Under the pieces are notes generated by a model. It was not told the origin of the DNA, did not search any database, and saw only the letters and a program-made list of their open reading frames with translations. DNA of 38,364 nucleotides. Origin: Paraglomus brasilianum (taxonomy: Eukaryota). The stretch is taken from contig CAJVPI010000258.1 of the NCBI GenBank assembly GCA_910592345.1, forward strand, positions 1 through 38,364, in the 5' to 3' direction. The translations under genes were made by a program, and so were the position numbers. This document shows positions 24,852 to 36,045 of this stretch, one piece after another; positions within the stretch are counted from its first letter, which is position 1, and each line of letters opens with the position of its first letter.

Positions 24852-27603
24852 TTAAAAAGCGCTTCTAATTCTTCGATAGTTCTGAGTGGTTATCTCTTTC
24901 TTGGGGTTTAGTGAAGTCCATCCATCGTTCGGATCAATCTCCGACGCTTTCTTGAAATCGTTTTGTGCAAAATCATGCCGCTCAAGATTACTGTAAACAA
25001 TTCCCCTGCTCCTCAATACTCATGCATCATTTGGTTCAACCTCCAACGATTTGTTGAGATCCTTCAATGCATCATCGTATTGCTTAAGATTATTATAGAC
25101 ATTTCCTCTTCGACTTAATGCATATGCGCAATTTGGTTCAATCTCTAATGCTTGGTTAAAGTTGTTTAGCGCGTCATTATATTGCATACGTTCGAGATAG
25201 ACACCTCCTCTTCTACTTAATGCATATGTATTGTTTGGTTCGAACTTCAAACATTTGTCGAAATCATCTAATGCATCCTCATACTTCATCATGTAAAGGT
25301 GGACACCTCCTCTTCTACTTAATGCATATGCATTATTTGGTTCAATCTCTAATGATTTGTTGAAATCATCCAATGCCTCATCATAGCGCTCAAGACCATA
25401 ATAGACACACCCTCTTCTACTTAATGTAAATGTGTTATTTGGTTCAATCTCCAATGACTTGTTAAGATCCTTTAATGCATTGTCATACTGTTTAAGATTA
25501 TTATAGACACTTCCCCTATTTCTCAATGAGTATGCATTATTTGGTTCAATCTCTAATGATCTGTTGAAATCATTTATTGCATCATTATACTGATTAAGAT
25601 CATTATAGACCATTCCTCTTTTGTGCAAAGCCCATGCATCATTTGGTTCAATCTCCAACAATGTGTTGAAATCATTTAATGCATCCTTACACTGCTTTAA
25701 CTTATAATAGACAACTCCCCTGTTTCTCAATACCCATACATCATTTGGTTCAATCTCCAAAAATGTGTTGAAATCGTTTAATGCATCATTATACTGTTTG
25801 AGATTATTGTAGACATTTCCCCTGTTTCTCAACGCATATTCATCATTTGGTTCAATTTCTAATGATTTATTAAAATCATTTAATGCATCCTTATACTGTT
25901 TGAGATAAAGATAGACACCTCCTCTTCTACTCAATGCATATACATTATTTGATTCAATCTCCAAAGATTTGTTGAAATCATTTAGTGCATGCTTGTACTT
26001 CATAATATCAAGATAAACACTACCTCTTCTACTATATGCATATGCGTTATTTGGTTCAATCTCCAATGCTTTGTTGAAATCATTTAGTGCATCAATATGC
26101 TGCTTAAGACCATAGTAGACACTTCCTCTATTCCTCAATGTGCATGCATTATTTGGTTCAATCTCCAACAATTTGTTGAAGTCGCTTAATGCATCATTAA
26201 ACTGCTTAAGGCTATTATAGACATTTCCCCTACTTCTCAATGCATATTCATTATTAGGTTCAATGTCCAACGATTTGTTAAGATCCCTTAGTGCATCATC
26301 ATACTGTTCAAGATTAAGATAGACACCTCCTCTATTTCTCAATGCGCATGCGTTGTTTGGTTCAATCACTAACAAATTGTTAAAACCACTTATTGCGTCA
26401 CAATACTTCAATCTCTTATAAACATTTTCACATAATGGCCGCTTAGTGGGGTCTTCATCCCAACATTCTGTATACAATTTAATATATTCTTCAGGCGTCC
26501 CAGGAAAAGGGGCGTCACGAGAACCATTGTTTCTGTACATAAAAATTGCGTAAGTTTGAGTGCGTCCTTCGCAAGGAATCTTTCCACTGGAGATCTCCCA
26601 AAGTATTACTCCAAGACTGAAAATATCGGATGTCTTTCCGCGCCTATTTGGTTTTTGATTTTCTCCCAACTCCAAATCTTCATTCAGCTTCGTAAAAGAT
26701 GCCGGATCTTTGTATGCTGGGGTACCGTTCCCACGTGATGTAGACATCACTCGTTTCAATACGCGAGATAAGCCAAAATCAGTTATTTTTGCAATGCCTA
26801 ATTGGATAAGAATATTATTGGAAGACTAGATAAAATTGGCGTGAGAAATAAAATAAATACAATGATATTGAATTGAAACGAAAGAAGAGGGGAAAACATT
26901 CAATCTGCAATACACTACCAAATCCTTATGGATAATATCAAGCGAGTGCAAGTATCTTAAACCATCGACAATTCCTAAACCTAATTGATATTTATCTTGC
27001 CACGTCAGTTCATCAAAGCGTTTCTCAAGGTGTTGGCGCAGAGTCCCGCCATCAGCTAATTCGAAGATCATGCTATAATTATCATTTGTATCTGCTTTTA
27101 TGTCATAAGAAGCGAGATTAACTATAACAAGTGAATAAGGTCGTCATTCAAATATACCTTGGCATAGACCTAGAAACCGAATTATGTTGGGGTGATCGTT
27201 CACCAGCTTATGGTTGTTTACCTAATGATAACAGTAATAACCAAATCAGCTTATAATCTATATGCATGTAAAGCAAGCGCAGCAGTAAGGAATGACGAAT
27301 AGGAACCTCTCGAGCAAACTGCTTGTATACATCTTCCTTGTTACTGTGTTCGGTTAAGATTAAAGTCTTTATCGCAACAGTCTTCCCAGAAAGAATATTG
27401 TGCTTCTTGCCAAAGATTGACCAGGTAAGTCCAGAACGCCTCACTGTCGCCTTTTGTACTATGCCGGATGAACCATAGCCAATGGGTGTAGGATCTAATA
27501 TTATGTCACTTTTCGGACAATAATAAATACTGCCTCCTTGAATGCTTGCATTTATCCATTTTATATATATATTGATATTGTTTGACGTTTGGTTCTTCAA
27601 CAT
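24852..27603 (-). CDS. TKL-type protein kinase fused to a C-terminal TPR array; in-frame TGA at 25020-25022 truncates the last repeat (the frame stays open to 24852)
   Basis: Exons ~27603-27307, 27221-27158, 27091-26919 and 26825 onward. Kinase motifs are IGYGSSGIV, VAIK, HPNIIRFLG, HKDLSSNN, DFGLSR, GTPAYKDP, SDIFSLGVILWEI and CWDEDPTKRP, followed by 34-aa TPR units. Confidence 0.9.
24927..26354 (-). repeat. 14 x 102-bp tandem TPR-coding repeat
   Basis: Consensus NAYALxxRGxVYxxLKQYxDALNDFNKSLEIEPN. There are 13 units before the TGA and a 14th containing it, with no indels between units. Confidence 0.95.
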
Positions 27604-27789
27604 GGTAATGGTAGGTTAACAACAGAAAGGCACCACATATTAACGTCATGTGATAAGATCAATTTTTGGTTCATATAACGGGAAATTTCGAATACATTGA
27701 GTACTGTACTGCATATCAAAGAAATCTCGGCTTGGAAATGAACATTTCTTGAAAATGTTATATTTATATTTCTGAGTGAGCATTACTGT

Positions 27790-28600
27790 ATTCTCAATGC
27801 AGTGTATTTCTTGGGTTTAATTTTAATGATCCTTCAAAGCACTATGATACTGACCAAGACCAAGATAAACACTTTCCCTAATTCTCGTTTAACTCATTTA
27901 TTACTTCAACCTCTATAAACGTTTTCACAAAGTGGCCGCTTGTTTGGGTCTTCATCCCGACAGGTTAACATATTCTTCATTCAGGTTTCCAGGAAATTTT
28001 GGGTCACATGGAATAGTATTACCCCAAGACTGAAAATAGATAAGCCGAAATCACTAAATGTAAAATTGGTATGAGGAATAAAATGATACAATGATATTAA
28101 TATTTGAATTGAAACTCAAAACAATAAACCCGCAATACCATACCAAGTCTTCGTGAATAAATGTCTTTCCGCATCAAACCCTTAAAGTGTTTCTCCAGGT
28201 ATTGGTACAAAGTCCCCCCGTCAGCTAATTCGAAGATCATACAATAATTAGCATTTATCGTTTATTATTATTATTTCGTATAGATGATCAATAAAATTGC
28301 CAATCAAGCATACCTTTGCATAGTCCTAGAAACCGAATATTATTGGGGTGATTATTCGCTTGCACGGGTGCTTCAGATAATGGTATAATCACAATTATAA
28401 AAAATTAGCTTCCACATGATAGCAAGAAAAGGCAGTATTCGAATAAATGACCAATAAAAACCTCTAGGACAAACTGTTGTACAAATCTTCCCTATCACTA
28501 TGTTCAGTGTCTTCACCGCAACAGTCATTCCAGAGAATATTGTGTTACTTCACTATCGCCTTTTGCACTACGCTGGCCCATAGGTGTAGGGTCTGATATT
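27790..28600 (-). pseudogene. Tandem, heavily deleted paralogue of the kinase-TPR gene
   Basis: Collinear fragments: DPTPMG, VQKAIV, MTVAVKT, HPNNIRFLGLCK, MIFELADGG, IHEDL, DFGLS joined directly to IFSLGVIL, DEDPNKRPLCENVY, and a TPR remnant SVYLGLGQYHSALKD. Intron donors lie at the same positions as in the neighbouring gene. Confidence 0.85.
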
Positions 28601-29762
28601 AATGGCATGTGACAAGCAAAAACAGACTTTCAATGCTTTCCAATTAGGAAATTATTGTGTGCAGAAATGGAAACCGAATTTTAATTTTACATGAATTTTT
28701 CGATCAGCGCTTACAGGAAGGCTCCAGAACGATCTATCTTGCCTTTTAGCAGAAAGAATTTTGATCAGTTTGTTTCGAACAATGTTACTGTCCAAACTCG
28801 CTTTTACCAACAACCTCTTGTGGACTGAAGTCAAGTGGGAAAAAAAGATTTCTTTGAGCTCAAGGGCAGCAAGTTGTAGAGGTTTAAAATGGGATAACGG
28901 ATAATTGTAATTTATGAAATGGTTATAATTACGGCAGGTTGCTAATGTTACAGTATGTATGACCGTACGTAGGCGATATAGAATGTAAGACAACTTGAAA
29001 GACGACTTCAAGCCCGCAGAACCATTCCCCAAAAAGGATTCGGAAATAGTATGTCACAAGCATACTATACGTACGTACTTTCGGATCTCTATTTTTTGAA
29101 AGGGGATGTCAAAATGCTGCTGCCATTGAGTATTGCAATCCTCATTGCTGCAGAAAACAACGCGATATCCAGATTGAGTCATTATCAAGGACAAACACAT
29201 TTTATTTGCCAGATGGATACTTGTAACAATACCATCGATGAATTATTTTAGCATTGCTAGAGCTCAGACAAAACGCTGACGCATTGATTCAATGAGTCCT
29301 CAAGAGAATTAGAATGCTCATTGATTAGTCATGGCAATGAAGTCAACTGTTGGGCTTCTATTACGTATGATAAAATAATACTTGTTTTATTCAAATGAAT
29401 TTTCACTTCTATGTTTGGCTCACCCTCAAATCGATCCCCCAGTTGCAAAAAAAAAGTCCATTTCTCGTGAGCGAGCTTTTATATCAAATAATTGATAATC
29501 ATAGAATATTTAAGTGTCACCAAGCCGCTATTCGAACCTCGCCATGATCGCATTGCAGTATAATAAATATTAATTATCGTATCGTCTAAATAATACTCGC
29601 TTATTCTATCATACTTTATTAAGTATATAATTCTGCACTGAGCGGTCAGACAGAATAATTTTGTGCAAGTTAAAAGTTTAAGAATCGAATATACAATCGT
29701 TTACAAATGTTCATTAAATCGTGATTATAACACGTGGTTCACATTTCCATTAAACCAACTAT

Positions 29763-32309
29763 CTATGGTACATAAATTCGACAATAACCCTCTACATCAC
29801 TCCGACAACAAGGACACTTCTTGAATCTCTTCTGAGCCAGTGCTTGCCTGCAATCATCGCAGACGGAAAAACATCTACACAGAGAGAAGGTTGGGAAAGA
29901 TCATTAGTTGAGAATATTATATTGTTACTAATTATTCTATGTAACTCACCTGCATGGTTTCAACAAACATTGCCTAGGCTCAGTATGACAAATAACACAT
30001 AGACGATCCGTAATCGGATGAGTCAATGTATCACTTACAGCCCGTCGCTCTTCCATCAATGTAAGTAGAGCAGCAGCCTCATCATACACAGCAGACGCAG
30101 GTGGCGTTTGGATTAGCTTACGATACTGTGTACGAGTGAGCACTGGAGAATGAACAAGATGAGTGATAAATAGTTGCAATCCAGAAGAACTCGAGGCTGA
30201 ATTATGCTGTGATTGTTCCCTTATGTCATCTCCGAGAGAAAGCAGCTCATTATATGCTTCATCAAAAGCTTCATCTTGTTCTTCATCTTCCAACGAGCCC
30301 TCAACGGTCTGACTGTCTTCGTTATACTCGTCATCATCTTGATCATCAATAGCCTCATTTTGCAGGAATTTATTATACAACTCTTCTTCAACGTCAACCT
30401 CAGTTTCAGAGTTATGATATAGGCTTTGCTGTCTTGCTTGAAGGGCAGCGGCGTTGACAGATGCAGCAGCGGCAACGCCAGAAGCAGAAGACGGTGTTAT
30501 GTGCTGTCGACGAGCCCGTCCAAAATTAATAAATGGCACAAATTCAAGTATCCAGCCACCAAATGCAGATACTGTTTGCAACAACTGATATGAGAAATTG
30601 CTTAGCAATGTAAATCTCTGTGGATTATCATCTTGTTCGGGTGGAGATAGGGAAACTCCGCTATCATCCAATTGTTCATTGTCAAATCCACACGTTGGAC
30701 GCCTCTTATTAGCTTTTTTGTTCTTTTTCCGGTTAGTCTCAAATACTGTGCCCATTGGAACAGCAATCGGATTGAGCTCGTTACGAAATCCGTCGATTCT
30801 TGTTGCTTCGACCTGTAAAGAAATGAGAATGCAAACAGTCAATACACAAGTCGGAAACGTTAAAATACAAAAAAGAATGTTTGTGTCGTGTAGTAATACA
30901 TACACAAGCTGTTCCTACTTGATACAATGCCATCGTGTAATCCTGATTCAATGTTGGTAAAGTCCTTGCATCAAGGAAGAACCTACGCCTGACATTCCCT
31001 CCAGTAACCACAATAGCCACCCCATGCAATATAGTACACATGACGATTATTCCTATTAAAGCAAGTTCTGGAAAACGGGCAATACTTTGCAATAAGGGAT
31101 AAGTATCTGATCTACAACGAAGCGCATATGCATAATGAACAATACCGAGTATACCGACGAGACTCGTTGGAATAAGTCGATATTGAATGCCTCGGGGATG
31201 GATGTATAATATCTCTAGTAACATTACATCCAATAGTTCTAATAGCGCTATTAGAAGCAGATCGGTATTCGGATGACGATTAGAGACGTATAAGTGGAAT
31301 AAGAGAGCCCATTCATACAGATTAGTTGCTTGTTCTCGCCCTGGGAGACTAAAAAAAAAGATTAGTAAGGATGTAAGCAAGTACAGATTGTTCATGTGCA
31401 ATCAAGCCTAGCAACCAATAAAATCGAGCTAAACAAGCCTTGATATTAATCCTAACATAAAGATCTCCTTTTGTTTCGAGACCCGTTTCACATGTACGGT
31501 CAGCGAACAAACTATCACTTTCAAACCATCTGCATCAACCTCTAGGAAAAAACATGCCAATTCGCTCAAAACTCCAACTAACTATCGTAAACCCAACAAC
31601 GACTCACAAGCCATTTACGATACACGTAAACAATAACCCCTTTAAAATCTACAACCGTATACACGTCGACCAACTGACTCACCTCCTGTTCTCCATGCTT
31701 GAATGAAATTGTTTCATAACATAAACCGCTGACAGAGACTTTAAACATAACCACAAAGCTTGTGCATCGGTATACTCCATGCTGTAGCCTTTAAGCAGAC
31801 TACTCATATACTCTTGTGTCCATTGCCTCTCGTCTGCAATACAAGCAATCAGAACTAATGCTGATTTTATCATCAAATAAAAACATGGCAATCGTATTGC
31901 GAATCGAATGTATGTTGGCAGCGGTCTTGGTGTACGAGGCGCAATTATAGCATTAATTCTATTATTCAATACATTCTACAGATATTTGTGAGAAATTCAT
32001 TCTGTTAATTCATGTCTCAGGTTGTCAGTTTTTTGTTCTTCTTCTTTCCCGCTTCCTCTAAACTATTGCTAGTGACACATTAAATGCTCATACCACAAAG
32101 ACAGCAAGATACAAGTTGGGTGACCAGAAGAAGTTCCATATGGAAGGGTGGAACTCTGGTATATCCGACCTTCCTTCCAAATCCAACTGCTCATAGACAG
32201 GCAGCATGCGATGGAAAAAGTCCACCGACTTTGAGAAGACATCCCGAAGTACAATGCCCCAAGTTGATCCCTCGTCGAATGCTGTCTCGTCTGAGGCGGT
32301 TACGGTCAT
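29763..32309 (-). CDS. Multi-pass membrane E3 ubiquitin ligase with C-terminal RING, Asi1/Asi3-like, 5 exons
   Basis: The N-terminal half has hydrophobic segments (LNNRINAIIAPR...IRLP; ARFPELALIGII), followed by an acidic linker. The C-terminal RING reads CVICHTEPRQCLLKPCR|CFSVCDDCRQALAQKRFKKCPCCRSDVEGYCRIYVP*, with TAG at 29763-29765. The start codon is inferred. Confidence 0.85.
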
Positions 32310-33764
32310 CGATGGCGGAAGGGAGAAGGTATTAGTATGAGAGGAAATAAGTATGATCAAAAGTATTATAAAAGTCATGCATGTGATAAAAAAGGAAAGT
32401 CGGTCGATCATTATTAGGCTATTTACTATGTATGGTGAATCTTGACGGCGCACAGAGACTTTTTCTTTTATATCATGTGACGATTATATATATCGAGGGA
32501 CCAATAGGATTCATCATAACACAATTTCCTTTAATATATCTATTAATAAACAGAACAATTGTTATACATTACAAGAACGTCTTTTCTAAATCATCAAATA
32601 CAATCATCAATGATATAAAGAATCTGTTTAAACTACAAGAATGTCTTTCTAAATCGTCAAATGAAATAGTAAAGTCATCAATGACATAATGAGGTATTAG
32701 TATAGACATTTTCTTTAAATTATCAATTAAATGATGATCGTTGACAAAAAGTATTGGATAATCTCTACCAAAATAGTAAAAATCTTATGTAGATCTTTGT
32801 TTAATCACGTGAATACGAGTCATCTACTAATGATATATATGTTCGACTTATCGAGTTTACCTATGTATGACCATTCAGAAGAAAAATCGCCATAGTAATA
32901 GTAATAGGTCCGTTTCTAAATGATTAAATGGATTGCCTATTGTGTTTAAGGTATAATTAGTCAAAGTCCTTGTATATCAACGAAAGTTATCCATTTAAGA
33001 CATTGACAAAAAGGAAATGATCCGATTATAGAACAACATTTCCCAATGCCTTATTATTATCTAAGGTAAAATTTTAACTCTAAATGGAGAGACATTTATT
33101 AAAACTTATAACCCTGTAACAGTTCACGTATTTGATAGACATATACATTATTATTATGTCCTTGCGTATTATTTAGGCTGAACTTAACGAATCATAAATA
33201 TGAAGACGACCAAGTGCAATTTTCACGCGGAACGAAGTAAATGGAAAGACATACGCGTGTACAATGATGAGTAATCTTCCATATGGATTACGTCTAGTGA
33301 ACAATATTTACCCACTTTCAGACTTTTCTATATACCGTAAGCTTTCAAAAATACGCGACAGCGAGTGTCACTAAATGAACAATATTATCTACGATAAATT
33401 GCAAGTGTTTGGGAATAGAAAGGGTAAAATAAGAGCTAGGCTTGTCAATCAGTAATACTGATAGAATTATTTGTTGGAACCATGATTATAATTAATTATC
33501 TAGTATTAGTGTCTACAGTGAGTCGTACGTGACTAATGGTATTGAGAGAGATGTTATGAGGAGGATACTGATACAATATATGGTAGCTGGCTAATAGAGT
33601 AATAAATGGATAACATCGACTAACATCTTACAAAATCAGGCTCAAAATTGCTGAAGGGTACTTGATCGAAGCGACTTTATTCAAGACCCGGAATACATAT
33701 ACAGTCTCTGAACGAGTTGCTTGCAGACGGTCCGGCGAGCCAAGGAGCTAGTAGCACGGATATA

Positions 33765-34306
33765 CAGTGTGTTACAAAAAAAATTGGAATTATATTTTAG
33801 TCTATTGTGTGATGAAAAAAAGCCAATTGTCCAGAATTTATAATTATATTTTGTATAATATAGAGAACAAATTTACTTAAGGACGGTTAATAGATTATTA
33901 AAATCTTTCTTAATTTATAAATTAATCTTGGAAAAAAAATATCGAAAAAGTAATTATAAGTAAAAAAAAAACAAAAACAACAAAACCATTTTTTATAAAA
34001 AAATTATTAAGGTATTTAATTAATATTAAGTACTTTAATATTAAGTAAACTCGTTTGTAACAACATGAAGAACATATTTGAATCTTTATGTAAAAATAAA
34101 GGTTTTTTTTGTTTTATACAAGTAATAACAAAATTTTTTTGAGTTTCGAATTTTTGAAATTAGACATTTTAATAAGATAACTCATTAAATTGCCGTAAGT
34201 AAATTTGTTGCTTGTACAAAAATACATATATTTGTAAACTTTATCTAATTCTGTCATATTTTCTATATTATAAAAGAAAAATTCCAATTTTTTTTGTAAC
34301 ACACTG
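33765..34306. mobile_element. Tc1/mariner-type MITE, 542 bp
   Basis: Perfect 27-bp TIRs CAGTGTGTTACAAAAAAAATTGGAATT, TA on both sides (33763-33764 and 34307-34308), and a very AT-rich non-coding interior. Confidence 0.92.
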
Positions 34307-36045
34307 TAAGTGAATTTATTTGTTTTTGACCTGTTAATCGCAAAAGAAGAAAATTTTTACTGTAGCTTGGTAGAAGGGGAAAATATGGTATTTAGCCAGA
34401 AAATATTCTTATGTTTCCCCAAAGTCGCTCTCACTTTTGTTAACACAAGCTGTTCCAATTGGCTGTATTTGAGAATTAGGGACCAGGGCTTGGATGGAGA
34501 GTTAAAAATATTGTTCGTACGGTGTATAGTTCAACACAGTGTGAATTCTCATCTTTACGCTTATTTTGAAGACCATTTGCTCGTTTGCATCCGAGTCCGA
34601 AATGACACGTAAACTTCCCATTTAGAACCAACTTGGGAGGTGTTATCAGGGGTATTATAGCAGCAAGACGCTTGCTAATCCCTTTGTTGTGTTGTCGTTG
34701 TTACTATCCATAATTGCATAATGAGCCGGCAAACTATGCTGCTTTATCCATACTAATACTAGATTTGTGTGAGATTTTCCGTATTATCAAGTGCTTCTCG
34801 TACATTACAATTTCTTGGTCAGTTCGACGCACCTCATGCGTACGTGGAAACTTGAAGCACTCAGACACAGAGTAATTCTTTATGTGAAGCAAGAATTATT
34901 TCGATGTTTTGTTTAAAGTGCTTTTCCCTTTTTCTTGGGCTGTACTTTTGAGTTGCCCAAACGTAGGAAGTTACTGTAATGATAATATGTAGCTTTGATA
35001 TCGATGGTTGTTGCTTGGTAGACAGAATACGAGGGTTAATAACGCGAGTGGCCCGACCAACTTGAATGCAAAATCTTATGAAAAAAAACAACAACATATT
35101 CTAGAAGTCAATAATTTGATGGGCAACAGAACAGATATTGGTTTTAGCAAGATAATTCTATGCATATTAGTATGACCCAACTTGCCCTAAATTATTGATG
35201 GCCCTTAATCCATTAAAAGTTTTTGGAATATTGTTTTTTGTTTGTTTTTTTTTTTTTTAAAAAAAAAAAACAAACAAATTAATAATAATAATAAACCAGT
35301 ATGATAAAAAATTATGATAAACTAGCCATGTTTTATGGTGGAGAATGGAGTTTGATTCCAAAACTATGTCAATTAAATTTACAAGAAATTGGAGAAAACA
35401 AATTTTCATATTAAAATTTTTAGGTAAAACTCCTTGTCATAAGTTATCAAACAAATTATTATCGTTATTGATATGCAGTTGTTAACTAGCAATAGTCTCT
35501 TTTTTATTATCAATGTCGTGTCACACTGTATGTCAATCGTCAAATAAAATCGGCAGAGGCAAAGTTGACATTTTCTCGTAACGCGAAGTAAATATTGAAT
35601 GTGGGCTTTCTGGTTAAGATGCAAATAACGTAGCAAAGGAGACTCGCTGTTTCATCTGCAAACAAACGCCGAAAAATATGCTTATGCGAAAGCGAACGTC
35701 CATATATTACGCAATAGCAAGTATTTTTTAGTAGGGGCACCATCATGCATAATCGTGAAATTATGGACACCAATTCAATGATTAGCCTACTATGAAATAC
35801 AAATAATTTCCAGTGTCACTGTGCATTACACCTTAATTCTTTATTTTTTGTTGTACCGTTCAATACTATATATGTCACTAACAGAATCTAAAAAGGTACG
35901 AATTTATCCATTCATGTACTTTCAATCAATTATAATTAACCACATGCTAACGTCTATTTGGATCCTGTTCTACGAACCATTGAAAATAATACAATAACAA
36001 AATTGACTGGTTGTTCTACAATACCGTATATGTTGTATTCGATAA

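Noticed and set aside
25020..25022. TGA as evidence of a Mollicutes-type genetic code (TGA=Trp)
   Set aside because: The gene has spliceosomal introns and the homologous Trp codons in sister repeats are TGG; a single nonsense change is simpler.
24927..26354. Regular repeats with variable interiors as a CRISPR-like array
   Set aside because: The units are contiguous in-frame 102-bp TPR coding repeats with no unique spacers, in a eukaryotic gene.
28652..29251. ORFs of 126 and 66 aa between the kinase pseudogene and the RING ligase
   Set aside because: No recognisable domain and no consistent exon chain could be built; a decayed gene cannot be excluded.
31349..31682. Unusually long (334-nt) intron in the RING ligase gene as a snoRNA host
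   Set aside because: No convincing C/D box pair with adequate spacing and terminal stem, and no clear H/ACA layout by eye.
34310..35780. Several 75-100-aa ORFs downstream of the MITE
   Set aside because: They mostly have non-ATG starts and no motifs, in AT-rich intergenic sequence with homopolymer runs.
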